NCBI GenBank assembly: GCA_002104945.1
Contig: MCFH01000030.1
Location: 558,001 to 622,000 of the forward strand
Reading direction: 5' to 3'
Source of the DNA: Piromyces finnis finn
Lineage: Eukaryota > Fungi > Neocallimastigomycota
DNA length: 64,000 nucleotides
Shown piece by piece: positions 27,301-40,840 of this stretch; the stretch's first letter is position 1, and the number at the start of each line of letters is the position of its first letter. The notes below the pieces were generated by a model. That model made no database searches and had not been told where the DNA came from. It saw only the letters and a list, made by a program, of their open reading frames with translations. The position numbers were made by a program, and so were the translations under genes.

Positions 27301-30300
27301 AAGTAATTTTATATTCCTATTTAATTTATAAAGTTGTTGATAACAATCTATTCTACCCGAATATAACGCCATATCAAGACAGTCGTGATTATAACAATCT
27401 TTTGTTAAGGCATTAGCATTATTTCTTAATAATATTTTAGTACATAAAATGGAGTGACTGGAAGAAAGGCAAAGTGGAGTTTTACCATCTGATCTTTTAA
27501 CATTAATATAAGGTTTGGCTAAATCAAGATTTAAAATCTCTTTTAGTGTTTCAGCGTTTGATTTTAGACAAACTAAATGTAAGGGTGTATTTCCATCTTT
27601 TTTATCTTTGGCATCAATCTTACTATTTTGTAGTATGAGCCTTTTAGCAATAGTAGGTATATTATATTCACATGCATAATGTAAAGCTGTCTTTTTCAAT
27701 TCATTAGTATAATTTATATCACCTATTTTTTCAGGGTAATCTAATAATAAATGAATCATACATTCATCTTTATTTAATATAGCCATTAATAGCGGTGTAA
27801 TAGCATTATGGGATGGTAAAGAGAAACGGGAATTCTTTAGTTTTATTAATTTTGAAACCACATCTACATTACCCGTAGTTACAGCTATTAATTCAGGAGT
27901 AATACCTGAATCTGATACAACATTTAAATCAGAGTCTGTTATTAATTGATCATAACCAAATAAAGCTTTGTAATGTCCTATAGAATATCCAGATAAATCC
28001 TTATCCTCAAGTTGCATATTTTCTTTTGATAGTAATGAATGAATAATTTTATTCTTTTTGACATCGTAGTTCGCTTTGACGAATTCGTCTAACGAATCTC
28101 CATGGACTGACGACTGAATTAGTTTTGAATTAATACAATAATAGTCTTTACTAGTAGTATTGTTTACTAGATGATAATAAGTAGAGTCGTCTAATTCTTT
28201 TTCGATGAACATCAAATTTTTATTCAATTGAACATGACATCCACCACGTATTTCTATTTTTGATATTTCATCAGAGGAAAGGTCAAAGCATAGGGATTGC
28301 AAATTTAATTTATATTTAAATTTAAGTTTATCTACATTTTCCTTATCTAATGCCTCGAGAACTGTTTTATTTGCTAAATTTGTTTTTAAATTTTGCATAG
28401 CATTTATTAAGTTAGTTTTATAGCAATTTATACTAGTAAATTTAAGTTTTTCATTCAGTTCCTTCTCCATGGAATTTATACTATCTTGATATGCCTTTTT
28501 ATAATGATCTATAATCTCTTTTTCTCTGTTCATAATATTGTTTTTAACTTTTTCTGAATTCATTATTTCTTTCACTTGATGTAAACAATTACCATTGATA
28601 CATAATTTTTCTATTTCATTTTTATAATTGCTTTTCATTTTGGCAATAGTTTCTGCTTTTATTTTTTCTAATTCATTTTTAAAACTAGTTATATTCTTAT
28701 GGTAGTTTTCAATCAGTAAATCCGTCAACTTTTTTAATATTAAATCAAATTTATTTAATAAATTTGTAACATGTTTATTTAATTCTTTTAATGTAGTGGC
28801 AGTTTGGAGGATATCCTTTATGTCTTTACAAATCTTATTCATAGTTGTAATATGATATTCATCTATCAATAAATTAATAACATCATTTAATTCTATGCAG
28901 GCATTTAAAACTTTAGAACATACCAACAAATCTAAGCTTACTGAAAATTTTTTAATAACATCAAAAATAGATAAATCATAATCATTTGTGATATCCACAA
29001 GATAGGCATCTTTATCAAGTAATTTCTTTAATTTTTCATACATATAGATGACAATTTTTTTTTCAATAGCTTTACTATTTTTCTCCATTTCTTCTATATT
29101 ATTAGGCTTTATGTCTGAAATATGGTAACTAACGATATGATTTAAGAAGTTCATTTGACCTTCTGAAAAAATATTTAATAATTCTTTCATGGTAACAGAA
29201 TAGGTTAATTTTATTGTTTTTTTAATAGGCAATGGTGGGAATACATATGGAATATTCCTAATATATTTTTTATTTTTATGAAGGATAGAACAGGATAAAT
29301 CGGGAAACATACCACAAGCCTGAACATTTGGTAAATTGTGTAAGCAAAAAGTTATAATATAAAGTAATTCAAAATACGGTTTAAAGTGAGGAATTGAATT
29401 CATTTTTTCTTTTACAAAAGTAGCCATGATTTTATGACTCCTTTCATTATCTGCGATTATATTTTGATTATCTTCATTTTTCATTAGGCTAGCTTTAAAT
29501 TCCGGAGAAACATCTATGTCATATTCAACATCGTAATAACACTTTGGTAAAACAACATCTTTATTATAATATAAAGTTTTAATTTTTCCAATGATTCTAA
29601 ATGCCGATAAAAATAGTTGTCTTTCACAGCCATGATCAGTTTTCATATCATTCAAAGATTGATAAATAATTTTATTCTTGTCACCGTATTGGGACAATAG
29701 ATATTTTTTCATATTTATAAAATGGTGATCTAAATAAGTTTTATCGGTATTTTTAGTATTTTGCCATTCAAATATAAATTCTTCCTCAAAAAATCCACCA
29801 TTAACATAACATTTAAGAAAATAGTCCAACATAGTTATTACATGTCCAACCAGTGTATGTTTATAATATTCGTCCATCACCGAGTATAATAGTCCCTCTT
29901 GATTAAAATGAAGTGAAATAAAAGGTAATTTTTTATCTACGAGATATCCTATAGATAATTCGTGCATGATAGTTGAAAAAACTTCTTCCATATTGTTAAA
30001 TTTAACTCCTGGAATTAATAATTTATTGTTCAACAAATTTAAGATGTCATGTTCGGTAGTTTTTGAATATTTATTAAAGGCAATGTACAATTGATCATTG
30101 AAACAATATCGATTTTTAAACTCTGGTATTATTCTTGGTATGATAAATTCTACTCCACCTGTGTCTCCAGAAGCATTTAATCCAGCAGCACACATAGCGT
30201 TATAGCCAACATTGAACATACACATATCATAAAAAAAATCAATAATAAATTTTATAAATCTTAAACCAATATCACAGAAAACTATACTCATTAGATTGCT

Positions 30301-30808
30301 TAATATACGAGTCCATTTACCTCCACCAGGACCAGGTCCACCCTTAGGACCATCAGGACCATCAAAAATATTACCAATATACTTTCCAAATGTAAAGCCA
30401 ATGTTGATAAAAAGAAAAGAAAATACTAATTCTCCAAAATCCATAATACCATCTTTGTACTTTTTTTTTTATAAAATTCAAAACTCCGTATAATACTCTA
30501 GTTGTTCTCCATAGTTTGCCAATAGCATTGTTATATTTTTCAAATATTAATCCAATTTTCTTTAATTTTTTTCTTTTAGATTTTCTCATAGGAAAAAAAT
30601 AGTAAACATATTTATATTTTTTGTAATTTTTACCAGTCTTACCATTATTAGAAAAGCTAGTACCTTTTTTATGATTATGATATATTAGATTTATATCTTT
30701 CAGAATATTACCACAAAACCCAATAAATTCTGTAATATGACCGAAAAGATATTTGTTAGAAAGATATTTAAATGCTTCCAAGCCATCATTTTTATCAAAA
30801 GTATCCAT
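21307..30808 (-). CDS. Giant intronless protein (~3,170 codons if 3 frameshifts are repaired): hydrophobic N-terminus, unknown domain, coiled coil, many ankyrin repeats, C-terminal SecA-like SF2 ATPase; possibly a young pseudogene or sequencing errors
   Basis: Four abutting ORFs. Ankyrin motifs include GNTPLHLVC, STPIHCAAK, GNTPLHIAS. SecA motifs: QIKTGEGKS, VDVITSTHYLAKRD, IVDECDNLFID, GRIQYGSKW..IHEFVVIKEG, LTGT, STNAAGRGTDI, GGLYV, GRAGRQGQPG. Frameshifts at A10 (30461-30470), A9 (22494-22502) and ~21704. Confidence 0.85.
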
Positions 30809-30959
30809 TAATTAAACTTTTTTTTTAAAAAAAATCTCTTTAAAAAAAAATAAAAAATATTTTATTTAAATTCTTTTTTTTTTTTTTATTTCTAATAAAA
30901 ACAATAAAATTTTTATTTATTTAAAAAATAAATTATTTATATTTTTCTATAATTTAAAT

Positions 30960-31045
30960 AATAAGTAAATGGACGGATAAAAATATAGTAAAAAAAAAAA
31001 AATAAATAAAAAAAAAAATAAAAATAAGTAAATGGACGGATAAAA
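30960..31045. promoter_or_regulatory. 23-bp exact direct repeat upstream of the ankyrin-SecA gene; candidate cis-element
   Basis: AATAAGTAAATGGACGGATAAAA at 30960-30982 and 31023-31045, in otherwise nearly G/C-free DNA ~150-240 nt upstream of the ATG at 30808. Confidence 0.35.
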
Positions 31046-31265
31046 TAAAACCTTTATTCTTTTAAAATATCTTATCAATTGAAAACTGATAGGATTACTT
31101 TTATAACTTTACATAAAATGATTTCAAATTAAAAATTTAGACATATATTTTATATTTTATATTTTATATTTTATTTCGGACATATTTAAGTATGAAACTA
31201 TTATTTTTATATTATATATGCATAATAGATTCAGAAAAAAAAAATTTTTTTAAAAAAAAAGAATT

Positions 31266-31353
31266 AGAAATAAAATAAAATAAAATAAAATAAAATAAAA
31301 TAAAATAAAATAAAATAAAATAAAATAAAATAAAATAAAATAAAATAAAATAA
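31266..31353. repeat. (TAAAA)n pentanucleotide microsatellite
   Basis: Perfect array. Confidence 0.95.
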
Positions 31354-31426
31354 TGTTTTATTATTATTATTATAACAAAAAAAACAAAAATAATATTTTA
31401 TTTTATAAAATTATCATCATTCATAT

Positions 31427-31473
<47 letters not shown>

Positions 31474-32866
31474 TAAATCATTTTTTATTATAGAAATATT
31501 ATTAAATAGGTATTTTAGAAAAAAAATCTTTTTCCATAATTTGCCTAGATTTTTTAATATTTTGTTTTAAAATTAATTTCTTCAGCTTCAGGATACAAAC
31601 AAAGCAAAACCAAAAAAAAATTCTTTTTTTTTATAATAAAATTTTATATAATAAAATATATAATAATTTATAATTAGCTTTTACTAAAAAAAAATTTTTC
31701 TGTATTTTTCCAAAAGAGTAAGTTTTTTTTCTTAGTATTGTTACAAACTTTATTAAATAATAAAAATACTTTTTTTTTATTTTAATAAAAGTTTAAATAT
31801 TATTAAAAACGTTATTTATTAAGTACCATTAAAATAAAAAAATTTTTTTAAACACATGTTGTAAAACAAGCATTAGCTATAGTTACCAAAAAAAAAAATA
31901 AGCATGGCTATAAGGTTTCATTGATGAAAAAATTAATAGAAAAACTTTACAAAGATAATTCTAGTAATATTAATAAAATTTTTTTAAAAAAATAGAATTT
32001 AAAGTTTGAACTAATAAAAGATAATGTTTAAAATTTTAATTTATAAAGTAATAAAATTATGATAGAATAAATTAATTTTTATCCAATAAACTTTTAAAAT
32101 AAATAAATGGATGAATGAATAAATTATTAATAAATAAATATGAATGAATGAATTGTTTAATTAATAAATAAACGAGTAAATAAATAAATTAATTTATATA
32201 TAGTTATTAATATGATTTCATCATGAATAATAATGAGTTTTAATGATGGATAAAATGATGCTGATGATGATGGTATTACTAGTATTTTTATACAATTAAA
32301 AAAACTAGTCATACCATCCATTCTCTTTCTATTTGTAAGAAGAAGAAGAGGGAGAATTAAAGGAATTTTTTTTTCATTCAGGAATTCATATAGCAAATAA
32401 AAAGGTTTTAATAAAATAGAAACAAAAAGGATTAAAACTAATATTTATAAATTATTTTTTTTTATAAAAAAAAACAACACACACAGTAATGAAACCTTTT
32501 TAACAATAAAATAAAATTTAAATTTATATCAAAATATAATTTTTTTTTATTTTGTTGGTTTTCTTATTTTTACAATTAAAAAGTATCAAAAAGATGTTTT
32601 TTTTTTAATAATTTTATTCTTTATATAAAGAATTTTATATTTTTATTTTCTATATTATAATATAAATAAATTAACTTAAATATAATTATTGATTCTAGTA
32701 TTATCTATACATTTTTTTAAAAGATATTTATTTAATATAAATGGTTTTATTTTAAATAATAAAATAGTGTATTACTTTTAGTTTTGATTGTTGTTTTTTT
32801 TTTTTTTTTTAATGAAAATTTAGGTTTATTTTTTAATGAGCTTTCCTTTTTTTTTTTAATTTGTAC

Positions 32867-34297
32867 TTAAAATTGGTTTTTTAGACTATATTTTCTAGTG
32901 GCTATTTGATCATTGTCATTACTATTTAAATGAATAGCATATTCATTTGAATTTAACCTATCATTTTTACCATTATGTAAGGTTGAAGCATTTTTTATTA
33001 TATTATAGGAAAAGTTCATTTCTTCATCAAAATTATTTTGATTCATATTCATATTTTTTATACTGTCTTTTCTATTTTGATTTAAAATATTATTATAGTA
33101 AGAATTGGAAATACTTGTACTACTACTATTATTATTATACTTGTAAAGGGATGTTGATAATCCATTATAAGTTGGAACTGGATTTCCATGAATGGAAGTA
33201 ATGGAATTGTATGAAGCAGTAGGATTAAAGGATGACATTCCTTTGTTATAGGATGATGTAATACTATGGGATGATATTTTATAATTTGAATCTTTACGTT
33301 TTACATAGAATTTTAATAATATTTGATCAATAAATATAATATAGTAGTTAAAACTTAATACAATATCTAAATAGGTTTGTAAAAGCGGTGCAATTCCATT
33401 ACCAAATTGATCTCTATCAACATTTTTATTGAGTATATATTTATATATATGATACAAGATGATCATAGGAATAAGGAATAAAGATACAATAATTGAACAA
33501 TAGATACGGTATTCTGAGGTCTGTTTAAATCTTTCCATAAAACTATTTTTTAACATCTTACTGTTATTCATATTTGTTCGATTAAAAAGATTTTTTCTCA
33601 TGACATATAAAATAGTAATATCGTATATTATACTTCCAATAACAATTAATTGATAATCATCAAAACTTATTCTGAACATCTCCTTACTATACATCTTACT
33701 AAAGCAATAAATTTTTAAGGCATTGTAAATGAGGCAAGCAGCGTATACAAATTTTATAGATCTCTTATTTTTTATTACAGCTTTAGTTCTTAAAGTAGGA
33801 TACCAATCACCAACCACACTATAAATAATCAAGAATGTATTGAATATTTTTTCTATTATTGAACCACCTGCTTGTGGTGGAGGAAGATAAGCAGAAAAAT
33901 TAAATGTAACTTCTTTGACAGCTGTATATAGCAAAAAATTTATATAAAATACTATAATAAAAATACCCATGACTCTTTTCCATTTTTTATTTAAATAAAA
34001 TACCAAAATAAACCATAATAAATAGGTATTACTTGTAAATAAAACCTTAATAATGTATTGCTCAATTGTCATTGGAAGGCTTTTTTTATTATTATCATGA
34101 AAACAATTTAGTATTCCATCAAGATTTTGAAAATAACATTTATTATCAAAAATTATTGGTGAGCCATTATCGTCCACACCTGGTGGAGGACAATCACCCA
34201 TACCTGGAGGAGGACCCATGCCTGGAGGAGGACCATCACCCATACCTGGAGGAGGACCCATGCCTGGAGGAGGACCACCACCCATGAAATCACCCAT
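32867..34297 (-). CDS. Intronless 7-transmembrane receptor-like protein with a Pro/Gly/Met-rich N-terminus and an Asn/Ser-rich cytoplasmic tail
   Basis: 476-aa ORF with seven hydrophobic segments. Shares GDWYP.LRTKAV, F..S E.RI and IFIDQILL with the gene at 39147. Confidence 0.8.
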   Translation of the reverse strand: MGDFMGGGPPPGMGPPPGMGDGPPPGMGPPPGMGDCPPPGVDDNGSPIIFDNKCYFQNLDGILNCFHDNNKKSLPMTIEQYIIKVLFTSNTYLLWFILVFYLNKKWKRVMGIFIIVFYINFLLYTAVKEVTFNFSAYLPPPQAGGSIIEKIFNTFLIIYSVVGDWYPTLRTKAVIKNKRSIKFVYAACLIYNALKIYCFSKMYSKEMFRISFDDYQLIVIGSIIYDITILYVMRKNLFNRTNMNNSKMLKNSFMERFKQTSEYRIYCSIIVSLFLIPMIILYHIYKYILNKNVDRDQFGNGIAPLLQTYLDIVLSFNYYIIFIDQILLKFYVKRKDSNYKISSHSITSSYNKGMSSFNPTASYNSITSIHGNPVPTYNGLSTSLYKYNNNSSSTSISNSYYNNILNQNRKDSIKNMNMNQNNFDEEMNFSYNIIKNASTLHNGKNDRLNSNEYAIHLNSNDNDQIATRKYSLKNQF

Positions 34298-37200
34298 TTC
34301 TATATTTCTATTTTATTATTATTATTACTTCTTTAATTTATTATTTTTTTTTATTTTAATACTTTATCTCTTTTATTTTATGTATATATATAAAAGTATA
34401 ATCAAACTATTATTAATTTTCTTTTTTATTTAATAATTTTTTTTTTCAAAAAAAAAAGATATTTATTTCTTTATATATGAAAAAATATAATTTTTTTTTT
34501 ATTTTTATACATATTTTTATGGTGGGTGGGTGGGTGGTGATTTCAGAGTTTCATTTTTTTTTCTTTTTTCTATCCTCCCCATCACAATATTAAAAAAAAA
34601 AAAAGTTTATTTTTTATATTTAATTGTAACATTAAAAATTTTAAAAAAAACAAGTAATATAAAACAATTTAAAAATAAAATTTAAATATATATTATCCAT
34701 TCTAAAACAAATCAATATAAATATAATTATATTAAATATAATATATTAATTGCTATAGCATTACATTGCATTGTTCTAATTTAAAATCTTTTAAAATACT
34801 TTTATTTTCGGGTTTTTATTAACAACATAAATGAATTTATTATTTTATAATAAAGCTTAGATTAATATAATATTATAAAAGTTATTTTATACCTATTTTT
34901 TGAATTTTTTTTTTTATGATAGTTCAATGAAATATTATTAATTATACTTTTTAAAAAGTTCTGGATTTAATTTAATTTTAACGCAAAGCGGTTAAGTTTT
35001 TTTTAATAAAAAATTAAAAAGTTTATTTAATAATAGATTTTTATATTTAAGAAAAAAATGAACTTTTTATTAAATTTAGTTGGATCACTTTTAAATTAAA
35101 ATATAAACTAGAAAAATAGAGTCAATAAATTAAATAAATTAAAATTTAAAAAAAAAAAAAAGAATTCTAGAAATTATTTTTAAATCCTGATTAAAAATAG
35201 TAAAGTATGAAATGAAATAGAATTTGGTTTATTATTTTTAAATAGTAATCCAATTCTATTTTAAATATATAATTATTGATTTTATGTTTCTTTTAATTTT
35301 ATAATATATTTTTTTTTTTAATGTAATGAGAATTTTTTTTTTCTTTTAGTGTAATATAGAAAAAATCAAAGTAGGTGATATCACCAACAAAATTACTCTT
35401 TATATAACTTTACTAATTTATTTTATTGTTAAATTTTACACATTAATGTTTAATATATCTTTGAATTATTTTATTGGTTATTACAATGAAATGATAAATA
35501 ATACAATAAATTATTTCTTGGAAATTTTAATTTCAATTTTTGATTAATTTATTTTTATGTAATTCAAATCGAAAGATGATTCGTTTCTTTTTTGTATCCA
35601 TTCATAAAGTTAAAAATTTAAGATTTTGAAATTCTTTAATTTATCTTTCAATAGTATATTAAATTTAAATTAATGATAAATTAAATAATATCATAATAAT
35701 AATTAAAAAAAGATGGAAAATTAAAATATAATTTTTTAAATAGTTGATTTTAATAAAAAATAGTTTTATATATTAATTGATAGATCATACCTAAATAATA
35801 ATTATTTTTACCTATCTCTATTATTGATTAATCTGGTTTTTATTTTTTTTTGTTATAATTATTATTATTAGGATTATAATGATATTATATTACTTGAACC
35901 ACTTCTATACTAATCAAAGAAAAATTGATGAAATTATTAAAAAATATTATTATTTATATAATATTTTATTTATATTATGAAAAAGCTGAAGGAAATAAGT
36001 TATAAATAATCAAAGAAAAATACTACTTAATAATTCTCAATCTATATTATATATATATATAATATTGATAACATTTGTAGTATATTATGTATCCTATAAC
36101 TACTACAAATTTTATTAATTATATTTCAAAAATAAAATGATTTCATTTATAATATAAATAAATATTAGCTGAGAGGGAATATGGTGAAATGATAATATAA
36201 AAAAAGTATAATGGATTTAAAGGTCTCTTAAATGAATGCTTTTAAATTTTCAAGACCGATAAAAGTATAAATATGTCAATAATAAAATTAAATAATACCT
36301 AAAAATTTTAATTTTAATTATTATTATTAATGATTATCATTTCATATAACATTGATTTTAATAATAAAGGTAATATGTCAAGTTAAAAGTAATCATGGAA
36401 TGATAACTTTCTGTGTAATTATTTCAATAAAAAAAAAGTAAATTCTTAGGTTTAGGAGGTCCTTAAAAATAGAATTTTCATTGCTCTATAAAACTAAATA
36501 ATATTATTATGTTAATAATAATGATAATAATTAATTTATTATTTTTCTTTAATAAAGATGATTCTCTACTACAAACACATTAAAATTTCTATAAAAAGAT
36601 AATATTTATTTTTTTTATTCATTTTAATAGTTGAAAAGCATCATTTTTTTTTATAAATTTAAATAAAAAAAAATTTAATAATTAATTATTAATTTTAACT
36701 ATTATAAAAATTATTTACAGTTAACAGTCCTTTTTTTTTTTACTTTTACTTAAGAAAATATTTTAAACTTTTCTTTATTAATCTTTTATTAGTTAATTTT
36801 TGAGAAAGTTAAAAAGATATCTAAATGATACTAATTTAGTTTTATTTTTATTTTTATTATAAGAAATCCTAATATAAAATTTAAAATGGGATACAATTAG
36901 GAATAATTCAAAATTAATTTCCATATATTTTTTCCATATATTTTATAAAATTATCCGAAACTTAAAATTTATTTCTCCTATTTGCTAAATAATTATACGT
37001 ATACATTCATCATATGTATATAACTTAAATTTTTTTTTGTATTAAAAAGAAATAGGATAAAACCAATAAAAAAATAAAAATATCATTATACCTATATACC
37101 TATAATAATGTATAATAATACCTAATATTATAATAATAATAATAATAATAATAATACATAATACATAATACCTAATATTATAATAATAATAATAATACAT

Positions 37201-39146
37201 AATACCTAATATTATAATAATAATAATAATACATAATAATAATTATTTTAAAATATTTTCAATAATTTTATTTATATTATTTTTATTTACTATATTTCAA
37301 AATGATAAAATAACTTTTATAAATCATTTTTTTTTAAATTAATAATTAAATAAAATATTTTTTTTCTTAAATATATAACCAAGTAATTAATACAAAAAAA
37401 AATAAATAATTACTTTTAAAAAAAACATAATTATAATTTATTCTAAAGATTATAAATATTATGATTTATATAAATTCATTTTAAATTTCTTATGGGAATA
37501 TGAATATTATTAATAGGTCATAGTAAATTAAATTATTTTAAAATCAATATATATTCACTATACCATTTTTTTGGCATTTAATTATTAATCATAAAGCTAC
37601 TTTTAATACAAAAAGTAAATTAGAATAATAATAGTATTTTAATATTATTTTTATTATTATTAATGTTGATTCATTTTTTAACTTTTTTTTTTTTTATTTT
37701 ATACAATAGCAATAGTTTAATTATTAAAATTGTCCATCGTTTTTATATCATAATTGATTAATTTTATAATAGAATTATTCATTTATTGATTAAATAAATT
37801 TTAATTTTTTTAAAAGTTTATATTTATTAATAATTAAAATTAATTGTTGTTTAAATTAAAATTTAAAATTAAATCTATTATTCTTAATAAAAAAGGTTTT
37901 TTTTAATATTTTAAATTGAATCTCGTGTAACAAATAATGCAGATCAATTATTATTAATTTGCTTTTTTTTTTAAATTATATTCCATTCAAGAACTTTAAT
38001 TATTATTATTTGATATTTACTAAAAGGTTAAATAGTTATTTAGGAGGTTAAAATACTTATTTATATATTCATTCATTAAAATAGGAATAGCTTTTATTGA
38101 TTTATTTATAATTCCTATTATATTCATTTATTTTTATTTATTCTATGTATTTCTGTAATAACATAATAATTATTTCTAGTAGATATCAATTATAATAAAA
38201 GAAATATTATGATATTTATTATATCAATATAATTTATAATAATTTATATTATTCTTATAGAATAATATACAATAACGTATTTGTAAAAAAAATAAACTTT
38301 TGGAATAATAATAAAAGATGAATAAAATGATAAGCATTCATAAATAACAATAAAAAATGGTGGAAATATTCTTTTAAATAAATTAAAATTATTTGTTTAA
38401 TTAAATTATTTTTAAAATAAACAATATAATCAATAGTTGATTATTTGTAAATAAATAAAAATACATCAATAACATTAAAACAAATATTATATTTAAATTA
38501 TTAAATAAATTGTTAATGCATTAACATTTTAATAATAATTAATTATTGAAACTTTCCTCTTACAAACTCTTTTATGATTAATACCTTTTCTTTTTTAACA
38601 GACATTCTTAAAAAACAAGATTATTTTTTAAAAGCTAACTCTCTTTTTTTTTATTATTTATGATTTAGATTTAGGTTGCACAAAATAATGTAAAAAGTTT
38701 AATAATTATAATTTAACTATCTTTATTCATTATTTAAAAATTAATTTTTATGTGTAATTTTATGTGTAAAATTTATTTTAATTAATTATTACCAATCTAG
38801 AACAATAACTTAATTTTTCAAAATTAATTTAATATTTCAAAATTATTAAAAATATCTTTTTAATTTAAAAAATATTAAATAAAGTTTATAAAATGAAGTT
38901 TTATTTTTTACTTTAAAAAAAATTATATATAAATACAAATAATATTTTTATTTTAAAAAAAATTTTTTTTATTTTTCTACTTTATAATAATAAAGTAGAA
39001 AATATTGTAATATAGAATAGAATAAATATATAAATAATAAAATTGTAAATAAAGAAACAACAAAAAAAAAAAAATAAATGTAAAATAGATAATAATAATA
39101 ATAAAAAAATCTTGGAGAAACAATAATATATATACAAAATTTCAAT

Positions 39147-40679
39147 ATGCTAACAGTAGAAGAAATCAATTCTTTATCAAGTAGAGTAAACTACAATTAT
39201 ACATTAAATAATGAACGTAGTTATTTTATTGAAAATGGTCAAAATGCAACATTGTTTCAATGGTTAAAAAGTAAAGGAACAAGCTTTGATTGTTATATTC
39301 GTTTTTTGAATGAAACGAATACATCTGATGTAAAACTATTGAATGATAAAATAGATTTTGCTAGAACTATATTTTATGCATTTTTAAAACCATTTCAGTC
39401 TCAATTTTTTTATTGGACATTATTACTTCTTATTATGTATAAATTTAATACCAGAAGACCTATTATAAAACTCATTTTATATCATTATACTTTCCGGTAA
39501 TATATCTTTAATAACAATATTATATTTATTTAAAATTTGTAAATAAATAATAAATAAGCAATAGCAAAAAAAAAAAAAAAAAGATTATTTCTAATATATG
39601 TTTAAATATATTATTATAATAGGGCCATAGGGGATATTATTGAACAATTAGGAAAATTATTACCTTATTATCACTCAATGGGAAGTAATGGTAAATGCAT
39701 TAGTACTTTATCATACACAGAACAACATCCTTTAAAATGGTTTCTTACTCGACAAATCAATAGCTTTTTTTGGTATACAGGTGAAATTATAGGAGATTGG
39801 TATCCATTACTTCGTACAAAAGCTGTCACAAGTAATAAGGGTGCATTAAAAATTTTGTATACAACATGTATAATTTATAATATTTCAAAATTAACAGTAC
39901 CAATATCTCAATTATTTGTATCACCTACAATGTTATATGTAAATGGTGAATATAATTGGGATTATGTCAATAAATATTACAATTATTATTGGTGTCTTCA
40001 AGCTTTAATTATTTTTTCCACATTTGTTTATGAATTAGTGATTTATCTAATATTAAAAAAGGAACAATTTGATAAAACAAATACAGAATATGGTTTTTTA
40101 AAAAAATTTAGATTAATATCTGAATTTAGAATCATTATTTCTGCTGTTGTTGCTATAATTGCATTCCCATTTTTGTTTACTGTTTCTGCTATGAAAATTT
40201 ACTTTTTTTACTCTGGTACGGAGAAAAGAGCAATTAATGTTTCCGTAGAGGATTTTAGAATTGTTGTTACTAATGTTCAATACATGATTATTTTTATTGA
40301 TCAAATTTTATTATTGAATTCTAAATTTGATGGTAGAAATATAATGAAATCAAATGGTAATAGTTCCTATTATTATAGTAGTGATGGTAATAAAACCTCT
40401 GGAGATTATCATAACTATTACACGGGTATACTTCATAGTCAGGATACAAATGTTGAAAAAATTGTTTTTAACCATAATATAGATAACAAAGATAATAATA
40501 AAATCAATAAATTAAACAATGGAAACAATAATGAAATACCATTTCAAATGAATGATAATTATAATAATAACAAAATGAATACTAATCTGGATCCATTACG
40601 TTATAATAAATATAATAATCGTTCAAGTTATCCAAGTTTTAATAGAATATCATATAATCCAAATCATTATCCTTATTAA
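39147..40679 (+). CDS. 7-transmembrane receptor-like protein, paralog of 32867-34297; 2 exons (39147-39496, 39623-40679)
   Basis: A phase-2 GT-AG intron joins the 117-aa and 333-aa ORFs in frame (..YHYTFR|AIGDIIEQLG..). Motifs GDWYPLLRTKAV, SEFRI, IIFIDQILL. Confidence 0.8.
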
Positions 40680-40785
40680 TAATGATAATTTTCAAAAATA
40701 AAAAATGAAAAAAAAAAAAACTCCATAAAAATCATAAACCTATATATATTCATAAAATCCAAAAAAAAAAAAAAAAAAATATGTA

Positions 40786-40840
<55 letters not shown>

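Noticed and set aside
21307-30808. Bacterial contamination or an ordinary secA gene
   Set aside because: Contiguous with a TSD-flanked fungal LINE and spliced fungal genes, similarly AT-rich, and fused to >2,000 aa of ankyrin and other sequence.
34521-34540. G-quadruplex (GGTGGGTGGGTGGGTGG) upstream of the 7TM gene
   Set aside because: Only three GGG runs; no further support from sequence alone.
34300-39100. Hidden gene in the long intergenic regions (also 12200-15400)
   Set aside because: No coding-like composition, splice-consistent exons or recognisable motifs were found on either strand by eye.
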